Assembly: GCA_902475535.1 (NCBI GenBank)
Contig: CABRZR010000006.1
Coordinates: forward strand, 22,720-86,719
Length of the DNA: 64,000 bases
Reading direction: 5' to 3'
Source of the DNA: an uncultured Coriobacteriia bacterium
GTDB lineage: Bacteria > Actinomycetota > Coriobacteriia > Coriobacteriales > QAMH01
Position 1 is the first letter of the stretch; every line of letters begins with the position of its first letter. The translations under genes and the position numbers were made by a program. This document shows, piece after piece, positions 8,112 through 16,508 of this stretch. The notes under the pieces are model-generated. The model was given only the letters and a program-made list of their open reading frames with translations, was not told the DNA's origin and did not search any database.

Positions 8112-9518
8112 ATGGCAGACGCAAACAAGAAGCAGAACGAGGAGATTCCCTACAGGCTCTACCTGCGTGAGGACCAGATTCCAACGCAATGGTACAACCT
8201 GCGTGCGGACATGCCCGAGCCGCCCGAGCCCATGCGCCTGCCCAACGGCAAGATCGCCGAGCATGACGACATCGCCCCGGTGTTCTGCGACAAGCTCGTG
8301 GACCAGGAGCTCGACGACGAGACCGCGTACTTCGACATCCCCGAGGGCGTGCAGGAGATGTACAAGGTATACCGCCCCTCCCCGCTATGCCGCGCGTACA
8401 ACCTCGAGCGCTACCTGAACACGCCGGCGAAGATCTACTACAAGTTCGAGGGCAACAACACCTCCGGCTCGCACAAGCTCAACTCGGCGCTCGCCCAGGC
8501 CTACTACGCCCAGGAGCAGGGTCTCGACAAGATCACGACCGAGACCGGCGCCGGTCAGTGGGGCACCGCGCTTTCCGAGGCAGCCGACCACTACGGAGTG
8601 GACCTGGACGTCTTCATGGTGAAGTGCTCCTACGAGCAGAAGCCCTTCCGCCGCTCCATCATGCAGACCTTCAACGCGACCGTCACCCCGTCGCCTTCCG
8701 ACACGACCGAGATCGGCAAGAAGATGCTCGCTGACCATCCCGACTCCACCGGCTCGCTGGGCACGGCGATTTCCGAAGCGGTCGAGCGCGCCCTCAACGT
8801 TCCCGAGAATAAGGGCCGCTATCAGCTCGGCAGCGTGCTCAACCAGGTGGTGCTGCACCAGTCCATCATCGGCTTGGAGAGCTACGAGGCCATGAAGGAG
8901 CTCGGCGAATACCCCGACATCGTCATCGGCTGCGCAGGCGGCGGCTCCAACCTCGGCGGCCTCATCGCACCGTTCATGCGCGACAAGCTGCGCGGTGACA
9001 AGCCGGATACGCGCTTCATCGCCGTCGAGCCCGCAAGCTGCCCGTCGCTCACACGCGGCAAGTACGCCTACGATTTTGCCGACACGGGCCAGACCTGCCC
9101 GCTCGTCAAGATGTACACGCTGGGCAGCGGCTTTCTGCCCTCCCCCGACCATGCCGGCGGCCTGCGCTACCACGGCATGAGCCCCATCGTCTCCAAGCTC
9201 AAGCACGACGGCTACATGGAGGCCGTCGCCGTGAAGCAGACCGACGTCTTCAAGGCGGCCGAGGACTTTGCCCGTCTCGAGACCATTCTGCCGGCACCGG
9301 AAAGCGCTCATGCAATCTTCCAGGCTATGGAGGAGGCGCGTAAGTGCGCCGAGACCGGCGAGGAGAAGACGATCCTCTTCGGCCTCACGGGCACGGGCTA
9401 CTTTGACATGTACGCCTACGAGGCCTATAGCCGCGGCGAGATGACCGACCACATCCCTACCGACGAGGAGCTCGAGGTCGGCTTCGCGACCATCCCCTCC
9501 ATCGAGGGAATTCAATAG
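8112..9518 (+). CDS. TrpB2-type tryptophan synthase beta-like PLP-dependent enzyme (stand-alone)
   Basis: The ORF was trimmed to ATG 8112, which is preceded by GAAAGAGAGGAAA. PLP-lysine motif GSHKLNSA. The long N-terminal extension (IPTQWYNLRADMPEPP) and a length of 468 aa are typical of TrpB2 rather than TrpB1. No trpA or other trp genes lie nearby. Confidence 0.85.
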   Translation: MADANKKQNEEIPYRLYLREDQIPTQWYNLRADMPEPPEPMRLPNGKIAEHDDIAPVFCDKLVDQELDDETAYFDIPEGVQEMYKVYRPSPLCRAYNLERYLNTPAKIYYKFEGNNTSGSHKLNSALAQAYYAQEQGLDKITTETGAGQWGTALSEAADHYGVDLDVFMVKCSYEQKPFRRSIMQTFNATVTPSPSDTTEIGKKMLADHPDSTGSLGTAISEAVERALNVPENKGRYQLGSVLNQVVLHQSIIGLESYEAMKELGEYPDIVIGCAGGGSNLGGLIAPFMRDKLRGDKPDTRFIAVEPASCPSLTRGKYAYDFADTGQTCPLVKMYTLGSGFLPSPDHAGGLRYHGMSPIVSKLKHDGYMEAVAVKQTDVFKAAEDFARLETILPAPESAHAIFQAMEEARKCAETGEEKTILFGLTGTGYFDMYAYEAYSRGEMTDHIPTDEELEVGFATIPSIEGIQ

Positions 9519-9550
9519 CGGAGACTTCGCTTCGTCGCGGGGTCTTGTCC

Positions 9551-9815
9551 CAAAATGCGCTCTGGTGTTCGTCGCGGCGACCACCAGAGCACAGCTCTTG
9601 GCATCGACTCAAGACACCGCCCGGTTTTGTGGTGTGGTGGTCGAGCTCACAGCCACAGGAGCACATTTTGAGGCGAAAATGCCTGGAAATGCTGCGTAGT
9701 GGTCGGGAGCGCAGTCACAGGGGCACAGCTCTTGGCACCGACTCCGGATACCGCCCGGTTTTGTGGTGTGGTGGCCGGGAGCGCAACCGCGAGCACACAT
9801 TTCCTGGCAGCAGTC
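9551..9815 (+). repeat. Two-copy tandem repeat (unit about 125-134 nt) in a 535-bp non-coding region
   Basis: Both units start AAAATGC. They share a highly conserved core, CACAGCTCTTGGCA(T/C)CGACTC..A.ACCGCCCGGTTTTGTGGTGTGGTGG, at 9590-9646 and 9724-9782. The first unit carries a 9-bp hairpin GCTCTGGTG/CACCAGAGC (9558-9590). The second carries a different 5-6 bp hairpin (CTGCG/CGCAG) at the equivalent position. Confidence 0.7.
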
Positions 9816-10052
9816 CGACATTCACGCACGCGCCCCACGACGCACATTATCTAAGCCTCGTTTTGCAAATCGTTTATGTGCCGAAGCCCACCCGTTACCA
9901 GGGGATACTCCACTCAATTGGAGTTGTAGACACCCCTTGAAGGAAAGGTGAGGATACTCTGGTTCGTGCCTCATGAAAGCCACCGCCAGACGCGAGGCTC
10001 GTATACTTCCGTTTGGATATACGCAAACGACATAAGACCAGTCTGGAGATAC

Positions 10053-10910
10053 ATGGGCAAGAACCTCGGCACGCGCGATATGACAAACACGAAGACCAAG
10101 GCCACGTCAGCCAAGCGACAATCGCTCGTCGTCAGGGCGCGTGGTCTTGCCTCGTCATATCTGCGATTGCAGGGCACGGCCATCGCCCACGAGGACACGC
10201 TCGTCATGTCGCCGGTCAAGCTACCCGGTGCCAATCACGCCCGCAAGCTCGACGAGAAGGCATCGTCACTGTGGCGCAAGACCAAGCACTTCTTCTCGCA
10301 GCTTGCGCTCACGAAGGAAGACGAGACCGCCTATTTCGAGCCCCGCACCTGGGCCTTCTGGCGTGGCATCATCATGTACTTCTTCCTCTTCAGCGTCGTC
10401 GGGCACTGGATGGAGATTCCCTACTGCCTTTCGATGGATGCGCTCTTCGGTATCGTCGACGCCGATTACGCCATCTTCCTCGACGAGCTCTATGTCCCCT
10501 ATTGGGTCTACGGCGCCGGCGCCGCGGCGATAACCATATTGCTTTTGCCCCTCAAGATACGGCTCGTTGGTAAGCGCAAGACCATGTGGGGCGCGGCACT
10601 CGAGTTCTTCGTCATGGCGGTCGTGCTATGCGCCGCCCTCGAATGCATCATGGGCTGGATCGTCAACCAGCCAGACGCCCTGGGCGAGTACCCCTATTGG
10701 GACAATTCGCAGCTGCCTCTCAACATCTTCCAGCAGGCCTGGCTCGTCAATGACATCTTCCTGGGCCTCGTCACGCTCGGCTATGTCTGGTTCGCATTTC
10801 CCTTCTGCCAGAAGTTCTGTAAGCTCATCGGCAATAAGGCAGCCGATGGATTGTTCTGGGCTGTCATCGCGGTTTTCGTGATAATCTGCGTTCTCACCTA
10901 CGCCTTGTAG
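10053..10910 (+). CDS. Polytopic membrane protein of unknown function (possibly PF06541-like, the family annotated as putative ABC-transporter type IV)
   Basis: The ORF was trimmed to ATG 10053, just after GGAGA; an in-frame ATG at 10080 is an alternative start. It has several hydrophobic helices and a YPYWDNSQLPLN motif reminiscent of the W-D-Y/N-S motif of that family. The family assignment is from memory only. Confidence 0.55.
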   Translation: MGKNLGTRDMTNTKTKATSAKRQSLVVRARGLASSYLRLQGTAIAHEDTLVMSPVKLPGANHARKLDEKASSLWRKTKHFFSQLALTKEDETAYFEPRTWAFWRGIIMYFFLFSVVGHWMEIPYCLSMDALFGIVDADYAIFLDELYVPYWVYGAGAAAITILLLPLKIRLVGKRKTMWGAALEFFVMAVVLCAALECIMGWIVNQPDALGEYPYWDNSQLPLNIFQQAWLVNDIFLGLVTLGYVWFAFPFCQKFCKLIGNKAADGLFWAVIAVFVIICVLTYAL

Positions 10911-10915
10911 CGGGC

Positions 10916-10954
10916 AAATGAGACAAATCTGCCCAGGGAAGATCTGTCTCATTT
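10916..10954 (+). terminator. Stem-loop downstream of the membrane-protein gene
   Basis: AAATGAGACAAATC / GATCTGTCTCATTT pair at 13 of 14 positions, with an 11-nt loop, 6 nt after the stop codon. There is no clear T-tract, so the terminator call is tentative. Confidence 0.4.
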
Positions 10955-11048
10955 ATCGCAACAACGGGTATCATGCGTCTGTACACTCAACGCGCGGATG
11001 CTTTCGCGCCGACATGAGGCGCGTCAGGCGTCCCGAAGGAGAATGACT

Positions 11049-11744
11049 ATGGAAATCGATCGTAAGGCGTTCCGCTCCCTGAGCAGCGGACTCTACATCA
11101 TCTCGTCTATCGACGCTGATGGCAGGTTGTGCGGATGCGTCGTCAACACACTTCTGCAAGTCGCATCCGATCCCGCCCAGCTGCTCGTGTCCATCAACAA
11201 GCAGAACGCGACGGCAGACGCTGTCGCGACTAGCAAGCGTTTCTGCGCGAGCGTCCTTTCGCAAGACACGACCATGGATCTCATCGGCACGTTCGGTTTC
11301 AAATCCAGCAAGGACATCGACAAGTTCTCCGAGTTCGACCACAGCGTATGCGAATCGGGCCTCCCCCGTCTCACGCACGACACGCTTGCCACGTTCGAGG
11401 TGCGTGTCGATTCCACGGTTGACGTGGGGACCCACCTCGTCTTCATCGGCACCGTCGAGGACGCCGAGGTCGTGGGCGAGGGAACGCCCATCACCTACGA
11501 TTACTACCATCGCGTGCTGCGCGGCAAGACGCCCGCCAAGGCCGCCTCGTACAACGACGGCGACGATCCGGCAAAAGACGAGATCGTCGAGGTCGAGGAG
11601 ACGGCATCCTCGGAGCAGAAGGTCGCGTGGCGCTGCAGGATGTGCGGCTATACCGTCGAGGGCTATCCGGACGGCCTCCCCGAGGATTGGCGCTGCCCCC
11701 TGTGCGGCGCGGGGCGCGACTACTTCGAGAAGGTGCTCATCTAG
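11049..11744 (+). CDS. Flavin reductase-like domain fused to a C-terminal rubredoxin
   Basis: The ORF was trimmed to ATG 11049, 7 nt after GAAGGAG. The N-terminal flavin-reductase-like fold begins FRSLSSGLYIISSIDADGRLCGCVVNT. The C-terminal WRCRMCGYTVEG...DWRCPLCGAGRDYF carries two CxxCG rubredoxin knuckles. Confidence 0.8.
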   Translation: MEIDRKAFRSLSSGLYIISSIDADGRLCGCVVNTLLQVASDPAQLLVSINKQNATADAVATSKRFCASVLSQDTTMDLIGTFGFKSSKDIDKFSEFDHSVCESGLPRLTHDTLATFEVRVDSTVDVGTHLVFIGTVEDAEVVGEGTPITYDYYHRVLRGKTPAKAASYNDGDDPAKDEIVEVEETASSEQKVAWRCRMCGYTVEGYPDGLPEDWRCPLCGAGRDYFEKVLI

Positions 11745-11845
11745 CGAAGCGCATCCCACACGTCGGAATTAACACAGTGGACATATCGGCCCGCTCTATC
11801 ATCACGGTATAATGTGTCAGTTGCTAATCTCGCGAAAGGATAGTC

Positions 11846-12646
11846 ATGGGTTTTCTGGAAGGTAAGACCGCAATCATCACGGGCGGTGGCTTCGCCGCGC
11901 TCAAGAACGGCGAGCCCGGCTCCATCGGCTATGGCATCGCCACGGCATACGCCAAGGAGGGTGCGAACCTCGTCATCACCGGCCGCAACGTGAAGAAGCT
12001 CGAGGACGCCAAGGAGAAACTCGAGGCCGCCTACGGCATCAAGGTGCTCCCCGTTGCCGCCGATGTCTCTGCGGGCTCCGACAACAAGGCGACCGTGCAG
12101 GCGGTCATCGACGCTGCCATCGAGGAGTTCGGCCGCATCGACGTCCTGGTCAACAACGCACAGGCCTCGGCCTCCGGCGTCACGCTCGCTGACCACACGA
12201 CCGACCAGTTCGACCTGGCCATCTACTCGGGCCTGTACGCCACGTTCTACTACATGCAGGCATGCTATCCGTACCTCAAGGAGACGAAGGGATCCGTCAT
12301 CAACTTCGCGTCTGGCGCCGGTCTCTTCGGCAACTACGGCCAGTGCGCCTACGCCGCTGCCAAGGAGGGCATCCGCGGCATGAGCCGCGTTGCCGCCACC
12401 GAGTGGGGTCCCGACGGCATCAACGTCAACGTTGTCTGCCCGCTTGCCTGGACCGCCGCGCTCGAGAACTTCCAGGAGCAGTACCCCGAGGCGTTCGAGG
12501 CCAACGTCCACATGCCGCCGATGGGCCACTACGGCGACGTCGAGAAGGAAATCGGCCGTGTCGTCGTCCAGCTCGCCAACCCGGACTTCAAGTTCATGAG
12601 CGGCGAGACGCTCACACTCGAGGGCGGCATGGGCCAGCGCCCGTAG
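11846..12646 (+). CDS. Short-chain dehydrogenase/reductase (SDR)
   Basis: 266-aa ORF with the glycine-rich motif TAIITGGG, the NNAQ motif and catalytic YAAAK. Confidence 0.85.
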   Translation: MGFLEGKTAIITGGGFAALKNGEPGSIGYGIATAYAKEGANLVITGRNVKKLEDAKEKLEAAYGIKVLPVAADVSAGSDNKATVQAVIDAAIEEFGRIDVLVNNAQASASGVTLADHTTDQFDLAIYSGLYATFYYMQACYPYLKETKGSVINFASGAGLFGNYGQCAYAAAKEGIRGMSRVAATEWGPDGINVNVVCPLAWTAALENFQEQYPEAFEANVHMPPMGHYGDVEKEIGRVVVQLANPDFKFMSGETLTLEGGMGQRP

Positions 12647-12672
12647 GGATTCCCTGCATCATGCGTCACCGC

Positions 12673-12707
12673 GCCCGGTTCGGCACCATGCCGAGCCGGG
12701 CTTTTTT
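12673..12707 (+). terminator. Intrinsic terminator of the SDR gene
   Basis: 12-bp stem GCCCGGTTCGGC / GCCGAGCCGGGC (one G-U pair) with loop ACCAT, followed by TTTTTT. A second palindrome, GTGGGACAGTTGC-CTGA-GCAACTGTCTCAC, follows directly at 12708-12737. Confidence 0.8.
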
Positions 12708-12836
12708 GTGGGACAGTTGCCTGAGCAACTGTCTCACTTACACCTCCGCTTTGCAGCTTGTCTACGCGTATGCGCCCCTCCCCTTCTCTATCTTGCTAGA
12801 ATATAGTTGCAATGATGAGATGACTCCAGGAGACGC

Positions 12837-13847
12837 ATGAAGAAGAAGGACCTCATAACCTTGCTCGCAGGCGTGGCCGTCATCGTCTTTCTCGCGGTTT
12901 TCTTCATGCGTGGTGACCAGTTGCAGCACCTCATCCAGACCATCGAGCGCGGAACTCCCATCCTCCTGCTCGCCGGCCTCCTCTTCCAGCTCGGCAAGTA
13001 CTTCACGCAGGGACTCTCGTTCACCTGGTGTTTCAAGGCGGCGGGCACACGCATGCCCATCGGCGAGAACGTCGTCCTCGTCTTCCAGACCTTCTTCATG
13101 GACACCATCATCCCCTCGTTCAACATTTCGGGAACCTCGGTGGTCATCGAGGCGGCAACCAAGCGAGGCATCGAATCTGGACGCGCCACGGGCGCCGCTC
13201 TGCTGCGGCAGGTCTCGATCAGTGCCGCCTTCGTCATCATCATGATCGTGGGATTTGCCATCCTGCTCGTCATGGGCAAGCTCGAGACGGGTTGGCTCAT
13301 CCTTGGCATCGGCGCCGTCGTGACCGTAGGCGCGATCGTCGCCGCCATGGCGCTCGCCGCGCTGCATCCGCAGCTCCTGCTTAAGATCATCGCGCCTCTC
13401 GAGCACATTATCGACAAGGTGCTCGCGCGCCTGCATCGCCATGACATCGACACCTCGGTCAAGAAGCTCGTGAACACTTACTCCGCTTCCGCCAAGGATA
13501 TGGTCCACAACGTCTCGAGCATCATCATCGAGCTTGCCTGGGCCGTACTCGCCAACGTCTGCGAGATCATCTGCTTCGCCTTCGTAGGACTTGCCTTCGG
13601 CGTGAACGACTTCGCAGCTGTCATCTGCATCTATGTCGTCGTTACGCTCGCGGCAATGGCATCTCCCATTCCCCAGGGCGTGGGCGTCGTCGAGGCAGCC
13701 GCACTCGTCGCGTTCACGATCTTCGGCATACAGCAGGCGACCGGGCTGGCCGTCATCATGGTCTACCGCGTCATCTGCTTCTGGCTTCCCTTCATCCTGG
13801 GAGCCATCCTCATGCGAAAGGTTTCGGACGCGCCAGCAGATAAATAA
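12837..13847 (+). CDS. LPG-synthase-TM / flippase-like (UPF0104) integral membrane protein
   Basis: 336-aa polytopic ORF. The N-terminus MKKKDLITLLAGVAVIVFLAVFF...LLLAGLLFQLGKYF and the overall architecture resemble the lysylphosphatidylglycerol-synthase transmembrane-region family. Confidence 0.65.
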   Translation: MKKKDLITLLAGVAVIVFLAVFFMRGDQLQHLIQTIERGTPILLLAGLLFQLGKYFTQGLSFTWCFKAAGTRMPIGENVVLVFQTFFMDTIIPSFNISGTSVVIEAATKRGIESGRATGAALLRQVSISAAFVIIMIVGFAILLVMGKLETGWLILGIGAVVTVGAIVAAMALAALHPQLLLKIIAPLEHIIDKVLARLHRHDIDTSVKKLVNTYSASAKDMVHNVSSIIIELAWAVLANVCEIICFAFVGLAFGVNDFAAVICIYVVVTLAAMASPIPQGVGVVEAAALVAFTIFGIQQATGLAVIMVYRVICFWLPFILGAILMRKVSDAPADK

Positions 13848-13871
13848 GACAGTTACTTACAGGCGTTATCT

Positions 13872-13949
13872 AGGGGTGGGACAAGGGGACAGGTCATTTG
13901 TCCCACTGGGTTTCGTGGGACAAATGACCTGTCCCCTTGTCCCACCCCT
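13872..13949. repeat. Perfect 35-bp inverted repeat (78-bp palindromic element) between convergent genes
   Basis: The left arm AGGGGTGGGACAAGGGGACAGGTCATTTGTCCCAC (13872-13906), the loop TGGGTTTC, and the right arm (13915-13949) as an exact reverse complement were checked base by base. The right arm ends on the first base (13949) of the stop codon (13949-13951) of the YdbT-like gene. Each arm contains an internal mini-hairpin GGGACA-GGTCATT-TGTCCC. Confidence 0.9.
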
Positions 13950-15793
13950 CATTTTGCGACCCGGGGCTCGAGCCATGTCAGCCAAGTCTCGGCGTCCCCT
14001 TGCGTCACATCGATGAGCGCGTAGGTGGTACCGCCAACACCGGCTGCCGTTCGCGCCTTGATGGTCGCGGTCTGCGCCATGCGCTGCAGCGGATTGGTCT
14101 TGGTGTAGCCATACTGAATCTTCTGACGCGGGAAGGTCACGGTCGATGTCGAAAAGCCACCGTTGGTTACCTGCATAAACCGGCGGTTGAAGGCGAAGCT
14201 CGATGACCGTGCCCATAGAACGGCGCCGATGGCGCTCACGATCGTGATGACGACGGCGAGCACGTAGCAGATCATGCAAATCGAATTGCACAGCCCGTAT
14301 ACATCCATGGTTACGTATCCGCCGGGAACGCGCATGCGCACGATCCCGTCATCGAGCCAAAGCCCCATGGTGAGCTGGAAGACGGCCACGATGACGGCGA
14401 GCCAGAACCCGGCACCCTGCACGATACAGCGGCGCGTGAGGGCGCGGCGCAGCGCAACGGGAGCGACCTTGCGCTGATCGGTCGGAGCGTCTTCGAATTC
14501 GGGGACGAGCCCGGCGAGAATCTGCGGGACCTTGGCGAGCTTCACAAAGGGATGGATGACGACGCCGCGCTTGGCCCGGGCGTTCTTGCCATCATCACCC
14601 TCGACATTCGCATCGACTTTAGCAAGCGACACCTCGCAATAGCCAAAGAGCCTGCGAATGAACGACTGGGTGACCACGACGGCCTGGACGCGCTCGATAT
14701 CGACGCCTTGGAAGGTGTGCTGCAACAGGCCGTACTCGACCTCGATGCGACTCTCGCGACGACGTGCCCTGAACCCACCGTAGCCAATGCACGAACCGAT
14801 GACCGAAAGAATCCAGACAACGAGGATGATGCCGATGACGGTGGCGGCAAGCGCGAACATGCCCGACTGGATGACGTGCATGCCCGTATCCCGCACCATC
14901 GTCGATAGCACATCGACCTCGTCAGCGGGCAAGATGTCAAGAGCCGAGCCGACAAGCTCGACGATACCGATGACGATGCCCATGAGCAGAACAGCGAAGC
15001 TCGTGTTATTGGAAAGCCCCGCCAGGACGAGTTCCTTGTTGGAGAGACCGTATTCGTAACTCACGCGCCCGCCATCATAGGCCTCGCCGGCAAACACGCC
15101 GCCCAGTTCGTCCCATGCTTCCTGGCCTACGTCGAGTATGTTGCGCCCCTCGCGTTCGTCTTGCGGCGGCACGGGAGCATCTGGTTTCTGGGGACGCGTC
15201 GCTTGCGTCTGGGAACGGACGGATTCCTGATAGCTCACTCCGCGAATCGAGGCGTCCTTGCGGGCGAAGAGCTCGCTTCTGAGCCATTCCGCATCGTGTT
15301 TGGTGACGTAGGGAACGACGATGGCCTTGTTGTTGGCACCGCCGGCCGTGTCGATGTAGAGCGTGCGCACGCCGGCGATGCGTTGCAGAAGCGACGCCTT
15401 CTGGTCGACCGACTGCACCTTGTTGTACGGCACGTGCACGCGCTTCTTGGTGATGATGCCGCTATAGAGATTGAACTCGTCGGGGCCTAGGACGTAGTAC
15501 AGGCGCTTGTAGGCCAGCCAGTGAACGAGGAAGACGATACCGGTGAAAACGAGAAACGCGGCAATCGAAATGCCGGCCGTGATCGCGATCACGAAGCCGA
15601 CCTCGGCTCCCCCGCCATGCACCCCCTCGGAAATGGCGCCGATGATGCTCGAGAACATCGAGATGACGACGGCGACGAACACGACGAGGACGACCCGCAA
15701 CGTCCCAAGCCAGATATAGCTATGGTGCACTTGATGCCTGACGGGCTCCGAAGCCGCCGTGGTGTCTTGGCTCTGCATATCTTGCTCGCCCAT
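13949..15793 (-). CDS. YdbT-like membrane protein with repeated bacterial PH (bPH_2) domains
   Basis: 614-aa ORF in which TM hairpins alternate with three cytoplasmic modules of the YdbT type (for example LYYVLGPDEFNLYSGIITKKRVHVPYNKVQSVD). Its start ATG overlaps the TAA stop of the upstream YdbS-like gene by 1 nt (TAATG). Confidence 0.75.
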   Translation of the reverse strand: MGEQDMQSQDTTAASEPVRHQVHHSYIWLGTLRVVLVVFVAVVISMFSSIIGAISEGVHGGGAEVGFVIAITAGISIAAFLVFTGIVFLVHWLAYKRLYYVLGPDEFNLYSGIITKKRVHVPYNKVQSVDQKASLLQRIAGVRTLYIDTAGGANNKAIVVPYVTKHDAEWLRSELFARKDASIRGVSYQESVRSQTQATRPQKPDAPVPPQDEREGRNILDVGQEAWDELGGVFAGEAYDGGRVSYEYGLSNKELVLAGLSNNTSFAVLLMGIVIGIVELVGSALDILPADEVDVLSTMVRDTGMHVIQSGMFALAATVIGIILVVWILSVIGSCIGYGGFRARRRESRIEVEYGLLQHTFQGVDIERVQAVVVTQSFIRRLFGYCEVSLAKVDANVEGDDGKNARAKRGVVIHPFVKLAKVPQILAGLVPEFEDAPTDQRKVAPVALRRALTRRCIVQGAGFWLAVIVAVFQLTMGLWLDDGIVRMRVPGGYVTMDVYGLCNSICMICYVLAVVITIVSAIGAVLWARSSSFAFNRRFMQVTNGGFSTSTVTFPRQKIQYGYTKTNPLQRMAQTATIKARTAAGVGGTTYALIDVTQGDAETWLTWLEPRVAK

Positions 15794-16284
15794 TACACGT
15801 CCTCGCGGGCCAGGCGCGCGAGCTCGGCGGCGCGATCACGCAACGCCTCCGCGCTCTGGGTGTCCAAACCGGGAATCTCGTGCGATCCGGCTGCGGTGGA
15901 AACCGTGACCGAGGCGAGCTTGAAGGCCCGCAAGATGGGCCCTTGGCGCGTGTCGGTGTTCTGCACGCGAATGAACGGGATGATGTAGCGCTTGCGCCAG
16001 ATGATGCCCTTGGCGATGTCGAGGTACTCGTCAGAGAGCTCGTAGCGCCAACGAACGTAGCGGATCGGTGGCAGGATCACGAGGAAGATGACGAGCATGA
16101 CGACGAGTGCGGCGACAAGCGCGATGCACACGGTAGCTACCCACCCTTCGCTGGGATCGACCACGGCGATGATCGCGAATGGGACGAAGCAGCAGACAAA
16201 CGCCAGAACGATCCAGATAGCGTCGTTTATACGCCAAACGTTCTTGATTCTCGGATCCAGCTTCTGTTCTGGCAACGCGCGCAT
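15793..16284 (-). CDS. YdbS-like small membrane protein with one bPH_2 domain
   Basis: The ORF-track start at 16320 lacks a ribosome-binding site. The ATG at 16282-16284 is preceded by AAGAGGTGAG and gives 163 aa. It has two TM helices followed by YELSDEYLDIAKGIIWRKRYIIPFIRVQNTD. Confidence 0.7.
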   Translation of the reverse strand: MRALPEQKLDPRIKNVWRINDAIWIVLAFVCCFVPFAIIAVVDPSEGWVATVCIALVAALVVMLVIFLVILPPIRYVRWRYELSDEYLDIAKGIIWRKRYIIPFIRVQNTDTRQGPILRAFKLASVTVSTAAGSHEIPGLDTQSAEALRDRAAELARLAREDV

Positions 16285-16346
16285 GGACTCACCTCTTTGC
16301 TCGACAACGGGATCGTTCATGAATCGAGAGTATAACAGGAGGGGAC

Positions 16347-16366
16347 TGGGACAAGGGGACAGGTCA
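16347..16366 (+). repeat. Third copy of the TGGGACAAGGGGACAGGTCA element core, upstream of the YdbS/T-like operon
   Basis: This 20-nt stretch is identical to 13877-13896. It is followed by a 9-bp hairpin GTGACAAAA / TTTTGTCAC. Confidence 0.8.
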
Positions 16367-16508
16367 ATGTGACAAAAGTGCTCCGGCGCATTTTGTCACG
16401 TTACAGATTTCAATAACATTCTCATATTATTCCGCGAACGGATACAAATAGCCCATAAACGTGCTATTCTATCTATAGAATATATATGGCGAGAGAAGGA
16501 GGCTCCCC

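Noticed and set aside
9551-9815. Possibility that the repeat is a CRISPR array
   Set aside because: There are only two copies, the period is about 130 nt, the units are long and partly divergent, and no cas genes lie nearby. It is not CRISPR-like.
9545-9940. Several 60-130-aa ORFs on both strands in the 9.5-9.95 kb region
   Set aside because: They overlap one another inside the tandem-repeat region. They lack ribosome-binding sites and have Trp/Cys/Arg-rich improbable sequences. The region is better explained as non-coding repeat.
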